A stretch of DNA of 64,000 bases from positions 91,734-155,733 of the forward strand of contig JACKPW010000001.1 of the NCBI GenBank assembly GCA_024233215.1. Direction: 5' to 3'. The notes below the pieces were generated by a model. That model made no database searches, was not told where the DNA came from, and worked only from the letters and a program-made list of their open reading frames with translations. Positions 48,351 through 60,000 of the stretch are shown piece after piece. The translations under genes were made by a program, and so were the position numbers. Within the stretch, counting starts at the first letter, position 1; each line of letters opens with the position of its first letter. Origin of the DNA: Verrucomicrobiales bacterium (lineage in GTDB: Bacteria; Verrucomicrobiota; Verrucomicrobiia; Limisphaerales; J093).

Positions 48351-51300
48351 ATGACCACCTCCATGTCATCGTTCGTTCAAAGAAACTCGATTCGTTCCCT
48401 CGCCCGGATGGGCGTCTCCTCCGGTCGCTGTGGCCCGGCCTGCCTGGCGATGGTGGGCCTGGTCCTGGTGGCGTTCCCCATCGCGCATGGCGCCGCCATT
48501 GCCAACTGGAACAAGGGCACCACCCCCGGCACCTACAACGAACCCGCGAACTGGTCGCCGGCCGTGGTGCCGCTCAACGGAGGCGGCAACACCTACGTGG
48601 TGGAGATTCCCGCCAATGCCCAGGTGAGTTACGACGTCAGCGGCACGGGGCAGGTGGACTCCTTCCGGTTGGCCCAGGCGGCGACGTTCACCCTCGATGG
48701 CACGAGGGAATTCGCCGTGCAGGGCATCTCGATCATCAACGGGCCGGTCACCGCCACCGGCGCCGGCGCGGTCTTCGAATCGGTGCTCTCCCCGGCCACC
48801 CTTAGCGGTTATGCCACCCTGAATGCCTCCGCTGGCGGCAGAATCAGCGTAACCGCGCCGGGATTCGAACTCCCGTCCGACTGGCGCGCGAGTCGGTCGT
48901 TGTTGATCGCCGACGGGGCCGGTTCGGAAATTGACCTGGCGACGTTGAAGTCACTGACGGTCTATGGCGGTCACAGTGGTGCCTGGGACTACCGGGTGAC
49001 GGCGAGCAACGGGGGCGTCATCGACCTCGGGGACCTGACCACCGCCACGGGACCGCGCACCGACGACTTTTCGAACGACGACTGGCTTTCCTTCCGGCAG
49101 GAGACCGGGGGGACCATTGACCTGGGCAGCCTCTTCAAGGTGCAGCGTCGGACGCGGTTCATCTCCGACGCCAACTGGACCATGCCTGCGCTGGAGGTGG
49201 TGGAGATGGGCTATTTCCAGCCCGGCCCGGCGGTGACCTACGATCTGCCTGAGTTCTTCCGGATGGAGTCCGGCACCCTGAGCGTGCCGGATACCGCGAT
49301 CATCAACGCCCCCAAGCTGACCGCGATCCGTGGATCCACCATCGATGTCGCGGCCGGGGGACAGCTGAATGCGGGGCTCGTGTCGGATATCAGCGGCAGT
49401 GTGGTGACGCTGGACCCGGGCGAGACGTTGCAGTTGGGGACGGTGGATGTCATCGACCAGATGAGCTTTGTCGCCAAGGCGACGCCGACCTTCGGCTTCA
49501 GCGCGACGAGTTACACCCTGCCAGAGGACTGGCGTGCGAGCCGGAAGTTGTTCGAGGCGGATGGAGCCGGGGTGGCGCTCCACATCGACAGCCTGAACAC
49601 CTTGACCGTTGGAGGCGGGTGGAGCGGAGCCTGGGATTATTCCGTCCGCGCCAACAATGGGGCCACGCTGGGCCTTTCCGGGCTGACCAGCGCCATCGGG
49701 CCTCGGACCGACAACTACAGCAACGACGATTGGTTGAGCTTCTACTTCCAGAACGGGGGGCAGATTGACCTGTCCTCCCTGGCGAGCGTTTCACGCAAGG
49801 TCCGCTTTCTGCCGGACTCCGGCCAGTCGGTCACCCTGCCTGCGCTGGAGGATGTTGACGGTGCGTACTTCAACATCCTGAGCGGGTCGACGTTGAGTGC
49901 CCCGTCCCTGATTCGGGCCAACAACGCCCGTTTCGACGTGGACTTCGCCGGATCGATCAGTGCCCCGGCGATGACGGAGATGCGCGGGACCTCGCTCAAT
50001 GTCCAGCCCGGGGGCACGTTCAACGCCCCTGCGTTGGCGGATGTTTATGCCAGCTCGCTGCCGCTGGGTGGCGGGGGCAGTGTGACCCTCGGGCCGCTCA
50101 GCATGATTGACGGTGCGACCTTCGTCATGACGGGCCCGTCGCCCCTGACATTCACGGCCACCAGCTATTCCATCTGGGAGGATTACCGTGCTTCCCGGCA
50201 GATCTTCCATGCGTCCGGTGCCGGCGCCGTGCTCAACCTCGCCTCCATCCAGACCATTTCCACCCCGGGGGGCTGGGGTGGCGGGTGGGACTACTCCATC
50301 CTCGCCGAGAACGGCGGGGTGGTTGACCTCTCGGGCCTGACCCACGCGACCGGGCCCCGGACCGATGCGTACGACAACGACGACTATCTCAGCTTCCATC
50401 TGAGGAGCGGCGGGCAAATCGATCTGTCGTCTTTGGCGACGACCGACCAGCGGGTCCGCTTCACCACGGAGGAGGACTGGACGCTGCCCAGTTTGGAAAC
50501 CGCGAACCGGGCGTATTTCTATCCTGGGTCCGGGACCACGCTGAACCTGCCGGCATTGGTTACCCTCGGCGCGGGAGTGATGGACGTGCCCTTCAGCACC
50601 ACCGTCAATGCGCCCTTCGCCACCGCTATTCGCTCCACGAGCATCACGGTGGCTCCGGGTGGCCGACTGGATGCACCGCAGGTGAGCGACCTGACCTGGA
50701 GTGCCATTGAAATCAACGCCGGTGAGGAGTGTCTCCTCGGCGACATCAGCGTGTTCGACGGCCTCAGCCTGGTGGCGTATCAGACGCCGGCCTTCACATT
50801 CTCGGCAACCTCGTACGAACTGCCCGAGGATTACCGGGCAAGCCGGACGCTGTTCCATGCCGAGGGGGGCGGGGTCGTTCTGGACCTGAGTTCGTTGAAA
50901 TCAGTCCTGGTTCGGGGCGGTTGGAGCGGAGCTTGGAACTACCCGTTCACGGCCAAGAACAGCGCCTTCGTGGATCTGTCCGGCCTGGAGACCGTCGTGG
51001 GCGGGCGCACGGATACCTACAGTGCCGACGACTGGGTGTCGCTGCGCACGGAACTCGGGGGTCGGATGACCTTGGGCGACCTGACCCTGTCGCGAGTGTC
51101 CCGGGTGCAAATCGTGGATTCCTCGGCGTCGATTCAGGGGAGTTCGCTGACCTTCCAGGCGCCGGCGCGGCTTGAGGTGACCGATTTCGGAACGCTTGAG
51201 CTGACCCGGGGATTGAGCTTCAACAACACCGACGAAAGCCAGATCTCCACGCACAACGGCATCGTGAAGTTCACGGGCGTCGGCGAGAAAACGCTGGAAG

Positions 51301-54023
51301 TCGGGGGCACGGACTCCGGCCCGGCCGGGTTCACGAGTGGGAACTTTGGCATCGGCCGCCTCGAAGTGGGCGCGCCGGGGCAGCCCGCGACGCTCAAACT
51401 CGTGGATCTGGTGGACAACGGCAACCGGGGTGACGGATCCGAGGCGCTTTACCTGTATGGGGTCGATACCGAGGGATTGGTCCTGCACAGCGGTTCTAAA
51501 CTGGTGATCGGGGACCTCAATGTCTACGTGCTTCACGGGGGAACGATGGTGCACTTGAACGCGCTCCTCGCGGGGGGTGACACCATCAGCTACGGGGGGG
51601 GTGTGATCGGGCGGTTTGGAGGTCCGGCGGTGATCGCGATGAACCCGGATGTGCCGACGCTTCCAGTGGTGGACCACGTCGACATCACCTTCGACACGCC
51701 GATCAACCCGGCGACCTTCACCACCGCGGACGTGCAGATCACGGGACCCAGCGGGGCAATCCCTGTGAGTTCGGTGAGTCAGATCGCCGGTCCCGACTAC
51801 CGGATCAGCTTCCCCGGCCAGAGTGATCATGGCTATGTCACTGTGCGCGTCGGCCCGAACATTCAGGATATCACCGGGTTGCTGACGCAGATGGACCAGA
51901 ACGGCAACGGTGTCTACGGGGAGCCGGGGGACGTGTTCGAAGGCCGCTTCCTGGTGGATATCCGGGGGCCGGCGGTGGTTTCGGCGGTGGTCATGCGGGA
52001 TGGCGGTCTCGTGGGCGTGCGCTTCGACGAGAAGGTCGAGGGGGGCAGCCTGGTGGATCCCGCGAACTATGCCATTGGCGGCGTGCAGCCGGATCCGGTC
52101 GTGGCGAGCCCCTCCGGGTATCCGGGGGATGATCTTTCGGAGGTGGACTACGCGGCGCTCTACTTCACACCGGTGACGGGCGACTCGTTCGTACTGGACA
52201 CGGTCAACCTGGAGGATCTGCTGGGGAACGTGGTGAGCATTCCTCAGCACACCACCGGCACGGTGCTCCCCCTGAGCAGTGTCAAGATTGGGGGACCCAC
52301 CGGGGTCCATGAGGCCTTCACGTTGGACGGGGCCACCTTCCGGGTGCGGGCGCAGTACAGTGCCCTGGGCGGCGGCACGGACAGCATCCAGTTCTTCTGC
52401 GAGCCGCGACAGGGGGACTTCGACGTCAAGATGCGGGTCCGGAGTCTGACCGGTGCCTCGTATTGGGCCCGGGTCGGTCTGGAAGTCCGGGAGTATTCCG
52501 GCAGCAACAGCCGCAACCTGAACACCGTGGTTTACCAGTCGAACCAACGCAACAACTACGCCTTCTACCGGAGGCTGACCCAGGGGGCGAGCTACGACAA
52601 CTGGGCCGGCGAGGTCGGCGGCGTGCCTTACCCGAATGCCTGGCTTCGGCTGCAGCGCGTGGGCAACACTTTTCGAGCCTACAGCAGCACGGATGGCGAG
52701 AACTGGGTCGCACGGGCCGAGACCACATTTGACCTTCCGGATGAAACACTGGTGGGCTTCTTCCTGGCTTCGGAGGACGGCAGCCTGAGCAACAACGCTT
52801 ACGCGAACATCACCGACTGGGGCGACTACTCGCCGTCCTTCGTGCGGCAACCGGAGAGCCAGACGGTGTTCCGAAACCAGACCGCCCGGCTCGTCGCTGA
52901 GGCCCGGGGGGTCGGGACACTGACTTACCAGTGGTATTTCAATGACGCCGTGTTGCCGGGTGCCACCGGGAACGCCCTCGAACTGGCCGGCATCCAGCCA
53001 GCCCAGGGAGGCGAGTATTACGTCATCGCCCAAAACAGCATCGGTTCGGTGACCAGTCGCACCGCCACGGTGGTGGTCGACACCTCCGATCCCGGGGCGG
53101 GCTTCGAGGCTGATCTCATGCCGCGAAACAGCGGGGACGGCACGTTGACGGTGAGCGACTGGACCATGGTGGGGAGGATGGCGGTGGGACTCGAGGATCC
53201 CGCCAACGCCAGCGAGTTTGCCCGGGCGGATTGTGCGCCGCGCAGCACGCTGGGGAATGGGGTGATCGGCATTGCCGATTGGGTCCAGGCCGGGCGCTAT
53301 GCCGCCGGGCTGGATCCCAAGACCGCTGCCGGCGGACCAAACGGAATCTCGCCGCTCGGTGAAGGGGGTTTGGCAGGAGTTCCCACCGCCGCCCGGCAGA
53401 TCGCCCTCACTGCGTTACCTTCGCCGGCCGACACCGTCCGCGTGGCGGTCCGTTTGCTGGCGCTGGGGAACGAGAACTCGGTGGGCTTCAGCCTCGGGTT
53501 CGACGCTTCCGCCCTGGAGTATTCCGCCGTGGTCGCGGGGAGCGGGGCTGCTGGAGCGCTGGTGATGAACAACAGCACTCGTGCCTCCGAAGGCGGGGTC
53601 GGCGTGGCGCTGGCTTTGCCCGCCGGCGGGCGCCTGCGCACCGGGGATATCGAGGTTGCCGTGGTGGAGTTCAAGCGCCGCCTGCCGGGCGACGTGGAAC
53701 TGCGGCTCAGGGGTACGCCGGTTGCCATCGAGGCAGCCAGCGCCCTGGCGGAGCCGCTGGCCTTGGAGGCTTCCGCGGCAGCTTATTCCATCCGGGATGT
53801 CGGCGCGGGGGTGCTCCAGGTAAGTTCCGGCGTCGAGGCCGGGGGTGTCCTGCTCGAATTCACGGGGCAACCGGGGGACCGGGTGGTGCTCGAAGCCTCG
53901 GCGGATCTCGCCAGTTGGGCCCCGGTGGGCAGTGAGACCGTGGTGGACGACAGCGGGACCATCCAGTTCGCGCAGGAGGCCGGTGGTTCCCACCGCTTCT
54001 TCCGCATCCGCAAGGTGGACTGA
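48351..54023 (+). CDS. giant secreted modular surface protein (1890 aa): four ~217-aa tandem repeats, Ig-like and cohesin-like modules, C-terminal FFRIRKVD module
   Basis: Signal peptide (CLAMVGLVLVAFPIAHGAA). Repeats marked by PEDWRASR…GGWSGAWDY…GPRTD.YSNDDWLSF at ~650-nt period (48.9-51.3 kb). Ig I-set-like FVRQPESQTVFRNQTARLVAEARGVGTLTYQWYFND. Cohesin-like segment near the C-terminus. Confidence 0.8.
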   Translation: MTTSMSSFVQRNSIRSLARMGVSSGRCGPACLAMVGLVLVAFPIAHGAAIANWNKGTTPGTYNEPANWSPAVVPLNGGGNTYVVEIPANAQVSYDVSGTGQVDSFRLAQAATFTLDGTREFAVQGISIINGPVTATGAGAVFESVLSPATLSGYATLNASAGGRISVTAPGFELPSDWRASRSLLIADGAGSEIDLATLKSLTVYGGHSGAWDYRVTASNGGVIDLGDLTTATGPRTDDFSNDDWLSFRQETGGTIDLGSLFKVQRRTRFISDANWTMPALEVVEMGYFQPGPAVTYDLPEFFRMESGTLSVPDTAIINAPKLTAIRGSTIDVAAGGQLNAGLVSDISGSVVTLDPGETLQLGTVDVIDQMSFVAKATPTFGFSATSYTLPEDWRASRKLFEADGAGVALHIDSLNTLTVGGGWSGAWDYSVRANNGATLGLSGLTSAIGPRTDNYSNDDWLSFYFQNGGQIDLSSLASVSRKVRFLPDSGQSVTLPALEDVDGAYFNILSGSTLSAPSLIRANNARFDVDFAGSISAPAMTEMRGTSLNVQPGGTFNAPALADVYASSLPLGGGGSVTLGPLSMIDGATFVMTGPSPLTFTATSYSIWEDYRASRQIFHASGAGAVLNLASIQTISTPGGWGGGWDYSILAENGGVVDLSGLTHATGPRTDAYDNDDYLSFHLRSGGQIDLSSLATTDQRVRFTTEEDWTLPSLETANRAYFYPGSGTTLNLPALVTLGAGVMDVPFSTTVNAPFATAIRSTSITVAPGGRLDAPQVSDLTWSAIEINAGEECLLGDISVFDGLSLVAYQTPAFTFSATSYELPEDYRASRTLFHAEGGGVVLDLSSLKSVLVRGGWSGAWNYPFTAKNSAFVDLSGLETVVGGRTDTYSADDWVSLRTELGGRMTLGDLTLSRVSRVQIVDSSASIQGSSLTFQAPARLEVTDFGTLELTRGLSFNNTDESQISTHNGIVKFTGVGEKTLEVGGTDSGPAGFTSGNFGIGRLEVGAPGQPATLKLVDLVDNGNRGDGSEALYLYGVDTEGLVLHSGSKLVIGDLNVYVLHGGTMVHLNALLAGGDTISYGGGVIGRFGGPAVIAMNPDVPTLPVVDHVDITFDTPINPATFTTADVQITGPSGAIPVSSVSQIAGPDYRISFPGQSDHGYVTVRVGPNIQDITGLLTQMDQNGNGVYGEPGDVFEGRFLVDIRGPAVVSAVVMRDGGLVGVRFDEKVEGGSLVDPANYAIGGVQPDPVVASPSGYPGDDLSEVDYAALYFTPVTGDSFVLDTVNLEDLLGNVVSIPQHTTGTVLPLSSVKIGGPTGVHEAFTLDGATFRVRAQYSALGGGTDSIQFFCEPRQGDFDVKMRVRSLTGASYWARVGLEVREYSGSNSRNLNTVVYQSNQRNNYAFYRRLTQGASYDNWAGEVGGVPYPNAWLRLQRVGNTFRAYSSTDGENWVARAETTFDLPDETLVGFFLASEDGSLSNNAYANITDWGDYSPSFVRQPESQTVFRNQTARLVAEARGVGTLTYQWYFNDAVLPGATGNALELAGIQPAQGGEYYVIAQNSIGSVTSRTATVVVDTSDPGAGFEADLMPRNSGDGTLTVSDWTMVGRMAVGLEDPANASEFARADCAPRSTLGNGVIGIADWVQAGRYAAGLDPKTAAGGPNGISPLGEGGLAGVPTAARQIALTALPSPADTVRVAVRLLALGNENSVGFSLGFDASALEYSAVVAGSGAAGALVMNNSTRASEGGVGVALALPAGGRLRTGDIEVAVVEFKRRLPGDVELRLRGTPVAIEAASALAEPLALEASAAAYSIRDVGAGVLQVSSGVEAGGVLLEFTGQPGDRVVLEASADLASWAPVGSETVVDDSGTIQFAQEAGGSHRFFRIRKVD

Positions 54024-54065
54024 GGGCGGCCGGGCCGCGGAACTGATCAACCCGGAGGTTGAGCC

Positions 54066-57000
54066 ATGAAACGAACCTGCTGCTTACGGGTCGCGACGCT
54101 GGGGTGTGTCGCGAGCATTCTCCTCCTGGCCCAGGGCCGGGCGGCACCCGCGCTGGGGCTGCCCACGGTGCCGGCCGTGGACACCCAACCGGTCACCGTG
54201 CCGGTCACACTCACCGCGGAGGGCGGCGAAAACTCCCTCGGGTGGAGTGTGTCCTTCGATCCCGAACGTCTGCTCTACCAGCAGTCCCTGCTCGGCGAGG
54301 GCGCCACCGGTGCCATCCTGTTCCTGAACGGGTCGGCCGCTGACGTCGGTCAACTCGGGGTGCTCCTCTCCCTGCCGCCAGGGGAGTCCTTTGACGCGGG
54401 CGAGCACACCGTGCTGGAGCTGCGTTTCCTGGCCCGGGGCGGGGCCGGCAACGTGCCCCTGGTGTTCACGGACACGCCCGTGCCGCGGTCGACCGCCGAC
54501 GTCAACGGCGCCGGCATCACCACCAGCTATGAGAACGGTGCGGTTCAGATCGCGACGCTGTTTGCCCCGACGATCACGCAGGAACCGGCGGACCAGGCGG
54601 TCTATGCTGGCGCCAATGCGGTCTTCCGAGTGGCGGTCGCCAGTGATGCGCCGGAAAGTTACCAGTGGCGCAAGAACAGCGTGAACCTGCCCGGTGAGCA
54701 GGGGGCGGTTCTGGTGGTGAGGGGGGCCTCGGCGGGGGATGAGGGCACCTACAGCGTGGTGGTGGCCAACGGCGCCGGCAGCGTGACGAGCCGCGGCGCG
54801 GCGTTGACGGTGGCCCCCGGGTTGCGGGGGGACCTGATCGGCCAATGGGACTTCGATGGCGGCGACCTGGTGGCGAGCGTGGGGCGGGATCTCCTCTACC
54901 GGGGGAACACCGCGGAGGTGACCACCTACCAGACCCAGGACATGGCGGGGGCTCCGGCCCAAACCATGGGATTTCCCCGGGCAGCACAATCCCAGGGGTA
55001 TCGCTTGTTCCAGGATGCGGGGGGCAACGGGGGCGGCGCCCGGTTGAACCAGTACACCTTTATTGCGGACGTGATGTTCCCAGCGGCGTCGGATCGCCAA
55101 TGGCGGGCATTGCTGCAGACCGACCCGAACAACGCCCAGGATGCGGAGTTCTACGTGGGAACGCAGAACGGTCTCTGGATGACCGGCGAGGGGGAACACG
55201 GAAATGGCTCGGTGACTCCGGGTGTCTGGCACCGCCTGGCGTTCGTGGTCAACGTGAACGCCGGCACGGTGGGCAAGTTCGTCGATGGGGTTCTGGTCCA
55301 TCGCCACAGTATTTCCGGGACCATAGACAACGCGTTTTCGCTTGGACCGGAATCACTCTTGTTCACGGAAAACAACAGCGAGACCCGGGCCGGTTTCGTC
55401 AACAGCGTGCAGATCTATCGCCGGGTGCTGACCGACAACCAGATTCAGGAACTGGGTCAACCGGTTGCCGAAGGACTGCCGAAGGGCGAGCTGGATCAGT
55501 TGCGGCCCACGTTGCTCGTGCAGCCCGCCGGGCAGACGGTGCACGACGGGGAGGCCGTCACTCTCACGGCGGTGGCTCGAGGGACGCCTCCGCTGACCTA
55601 TTCCTGGACCCTTGACGATACGCCGGTGCCGGGGGCGGCTTCACCGAGGCTGCAGTTGCCGGCGGTCGGCGAGTCCACGGTGGGAGCCTACCGGGTGACG
55701 GTGGCGAACGCGCTAGGTTCCATCACCAGCGCGCCTGCGACGGTCGCCCTCAGCGACACCGAACGCGTGCTGCAGGTCGGCACCGTGGAAATCCTGCAGG
55801 GCCGGACTGTTGACTTGCCCGTGACGCTTGCCGCCCTGGGGGGAGAGGCCGGTGGCTCCTGGTCGGTGGAATACGACCCCGAGCTTTTGCGGTTCGTCCA
55901 GGTTTTGGGGGTTGGCGGTGCGTCGGTCTTTGCCAACACCTCCCAAGTTGGGGAGGGCAGGGTAGGGGTGTTGTATTCCTTGCCCCCCGGTCAGGCGCTC
56001 GCCGCCGGGACCCGCACGCTTGCGAATCTCCGGTTCGTCGCCATCGGCGAGGCGGTCGCAGCCGCTGTCACTGTGGGGGCCGCCCCATTACCGGTCGATT
56101 TCGTCGACAACGCCGGAAACGCGCGGGCGATCACACCGGCGGCTGGGCAGGTGGACATCCTGTCCGTGCCAAGGATCACGTCGCAGCCCGAAAGTACCGC
56201 CGGGGCGGCCGGCGGCTCGGTGGCGTTCAGTGTCGAGGTGACCGGGACGGAGCCCATGACCTACCGCTGGCGCTTCAATGGGACGAATCTCTCGGATGGC
56301 GAGGGAGTCTCGGGTGCGACCACTCCCACCCTGCTTCTTGAAGACCTGCAACCCGAGGATGCCGGCCTCTACTCCGTGTCCGTACAGAATCGCGTCGGTT
56401 CTGCCGTGAGCGAGGGCGCCCGGTTGGTGATCGGCCGCCTGCTGCGCGTGGACTCCGTCCGCGGCTTCTCGGCGGAGCGGGTCGAGGTGCCACTGATGCT
56501 CTTCGCCCTTGGCGGAGAAAACTCGGTGGGCGCCAGTGTCTGGCTGGACGTGGACCGGGTGGAACTGCTCGAAGTGGTGGCGGGAGGCGATGTCCCGGGG
56601 GCCACGCTCCTGTCCAACGAATCCGAACCCGGCCACGTTGGCATTGGTGTTGCCCTGCCTGCCGGTGGGAGCTTCGCCCAAGGGTGGCACGAGATCGCCC
56701 GGCTGGCGCTTCGCACGGAGATCCCCGTGGAGGCTGTTCCGCTCACGCTGGAGAACTCCCCGGTGGCAATCGAGGTGACCGATGCCCTGGCCGAGCCGCT
56801 GCCGACCGAGATCATGGACGGCAGTCTGACCACCAGCGTTCGGCCGATCGACGTCGAGCAACTTCCTGATCTGTTGCCGCTTGCCTTGACCGCTCCGGCT
56901 TCGAGCCAGATGGGGCAGCCGATCCTGATTCAGTGGCGCGTGCGAAACGAAGGGCGGCAGCCCGCAGTGGCTCCCTGGCGGGAGGCGCTCTACGTCGCCC

Positions 57001-60000
57001 CCACCCCTGACGGCGCCGATCGCAAGCTGATCGCTCAGATCACGGCCTCCGAAGATCTGCCGCCGGATACGGAAATCCAGCGCAGCCAGACGCTCGTGCT
57101 ACCGCCCGCGGCCGCCGGCGTGAATTACCTCATCGTCGAGGTCGACGTGCAGAACTCCATTGCCGAGCGAATCGAGACGAACAACCGCGCTCCGAGCGCC
57201 GGTACCATCACGTTGCGAGCGCCGGACTTGGTAGCGGCCAATCTCGCAGCGCCCGGCAGCGCGCTTCAGGGGGCGACCATCAACGTCGCGTGGGACGTGC
57301 GCAACGACGGTTCCGCACCGACGACCGCTGACTGGCTGGACCGTCTGGTGTTGGTGCCCGCCCTGGGAACCCTGGTGGACGGCCTGGAACTGGCGACCCT
57401 TTCGCCGGTGACCCACCCGTTGCCCGACGGGGGACAGTACCACCAGAGCGTCAGTGTCCCCCTGCCACTGAGCCACTCGTGGCCGCCGGGTGCCTACCGC
57501 CTGGTGGCGGTCACGGATTATGGCAATGCCCAGGCGGAGCTGGATGAAGGAAACAACCAGGCTTCGCAGCCGTTCGAACTCACCACCCCGCCCCTGCCGG
57601 ACCTGACCGTCAACTCGGTCACGGCCCCCGCCACCGCGCGCCCGGGCGTGCCGTTTAACCTGAGTTGGGAGGTCGAGAATCGCGGGAACGCCCCGGCTGC
57701 GGCGCCGTGGGTGGAGGCGATCAGCTTCGTTCATCCCAGCACGGGCGAACGCTCCCTGGCCCTCGTGAATGTGACTGCCGGACTTGCCGCCGGTTCCAAG
57801 ATCACCCGTCAGGCCAGCATCACCCTGCCGGACAACTGCCCGACCGGCGACCTGTTCCTGGCCGTGCAAACCGATGCCCGCGACGATCTCGTGGAGCAGA
57901 ACGAGAACAACAACCGCCGTGAATCCGGTTCGGCGACCACGGTCTCGAAGGTGCTGACTCTGCGCCTGCCGTTGACCCAGATCCGCGAGGACGCGGCACC
58001 GCCGACCTTCCTGGCCACCCTTGCCCGGAGCGGGGATCGCACCAGTGCGCTGACGGTGAACATCGCCAACAGCGATGCCTCGGAACTTGTTGCGCCCACC
58101 GCCGTGGACATTCCCGCGGGTCGCAGCGAAACCACCTTCACCCTGCGCGTGTTGGGTGACGGCATGGTCGACGGCCCGCAGGTGGTGACCCTGACCGCCT
58201 CGGCCCCGGGACACCTGGATTCCCAGGCCAGTCTGACCGTGCTCGACGTGGACATCCCGCGGTTGATCCTCGCCTTCGAGCAGCCGCAGGTCCGGGAGGA
58301 TCAGCGGGCCCGGTTGACGGTGACCCGCGAGATCGTGACCGCCCAGCCGTTGACGGTGGTCTTCGAAACTCCCACCCCCAATCAGATCGTGGCTCCCGGG
58401 GCACTGGTCATTCCGGCCAATCAGGCCTCCGCCGTGACCGAGGTGATCCCGGTGGAGGACGTCCTGCTCGAAGCCACCCAGTCCTACGAAGTGCGGGCGA
58501 TGGCGACCGGTTATCAGGTTGGAACCGCCAGCCTGAGCGTGGTGGACAACGACATTCCCACCATCACGGTCACCCTGGACCGGGCCAGCATCAGCGAAGG
58601 GGACGGGCCTCAGGCGGCCAACGTGACGGTGACCCGTAACCCGACCGGGCCTCAGGACCTTGAGGTGGAGCTGGAGAGCTCTGACATCACGGAACTGGAA
58701 ACCCCGGCGCGGGTGGTGATTTCCGCCAACAAGACCTCCGCGAGCGCTCCCGTGGCGGCGGTGGAGGACGAGGTGGTGGACGGTGACAAGACCGTGGTCG
58801 TGCGCGCCTTTCCGTTGGCGACCACCTCCCGGGTGCGACTGGGTGAGGGGAGTTCGACCCAGATTCGGGTCCAGGACAATGACGGTCCGGCGCTGGCCGT
58901 GGTGGTGGACCGCAAACTGGTGGCGGAGGGCTTGACGCCGGCTACCACGGCCCGGGTCACCCGGAACACCCCGCCGGACCAGGCCTTGACGGTGCAGCTC
59001 AGCAGCAGCGATGAGACCGAAGCCACGGTGCCTCCGAGCGTGGTCATTCCGCAGGGGCTGGACTCCGCAACCTTCCCGATCAACAGCGTTTTCGACGAGG
59101 AGGCGGATGGGGATCAGACGGTGACAGTGATCGCCAGTGCAGCGGGTTTTTCCAGCGGTGAGGACACTCTGGTGGTCAGCGACCGCGACCTTCCGGATCT
59201 TGTGGTGGGCCGGGTTTCCGCCCCGGAGTTTGTCAATACCGACACCCTGTTCAACATCACTTACAGCGTGGTGAACCAGGGGTTGACGACCGCCGGAACG
59301 AACTGGCTCACGCGCATCTACCTCTCGACCGACCCGGTGGTGGGCGATGACCAGTTGCTGCGACAATACAGCTTCACCGGGAACCTCCCGGTGAACCAGC
59401 AATTCGAGCAGACCATCGCAGCCCAATCCCCCATCAAGGCCGGCAACTACTGGATCGTGGTGGTGACCGACGTGGCGCAGCAGATCAACGAAGGGCTCGA
59501 AAGCAACAACGCGCGCGTCTCCGCCGTGCCGATGACCGTGCGCCCATCCTACAACGTGACGGTGGCCACGGACCTGGAGCAGGCCCTCGCCGGTACGCCG
59601 GTGGAGTTCCACGGCATGGCCCGGAACGGTCTGGGGAATCCAACCCCCTCGGTGCTGGTGAACATTCACATCAAACTCCGGGGGACCACGCGCCTGATTT
59701 CCGCCCTCACGAAGGCCGACGGCTCCTTTAGCACCATCTGGACGCCGCTGCCCACGGAGGCTGGCTTCTACGAGGTGGGGGCCGCCCATCCCGGCGTGGA
59801 TGTGGCCGACGTGCAGGACAGCTTCACCCTCATCGGCATGCGGCTCGATCCCACGCAACGAAGCTTCACGGTGATCGAGGAGGGCAGTAGCAGCGGGTCC
59901 ATCCGGGTCATGAACCTCAGTCCAATTCCCATTACCGGCCTTGCGGTCGAGGTGGTGGAGAAACCGGACAACATGACCGTGGAAACCACGCTGGGGTCCA

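Noticed and set aside
48951-53033. Minus-strand ORFs 48951..49583, 49791..50858 and 50901..53033 (710 aa)
   Set aside because: Antisense of the first giant surface protein.
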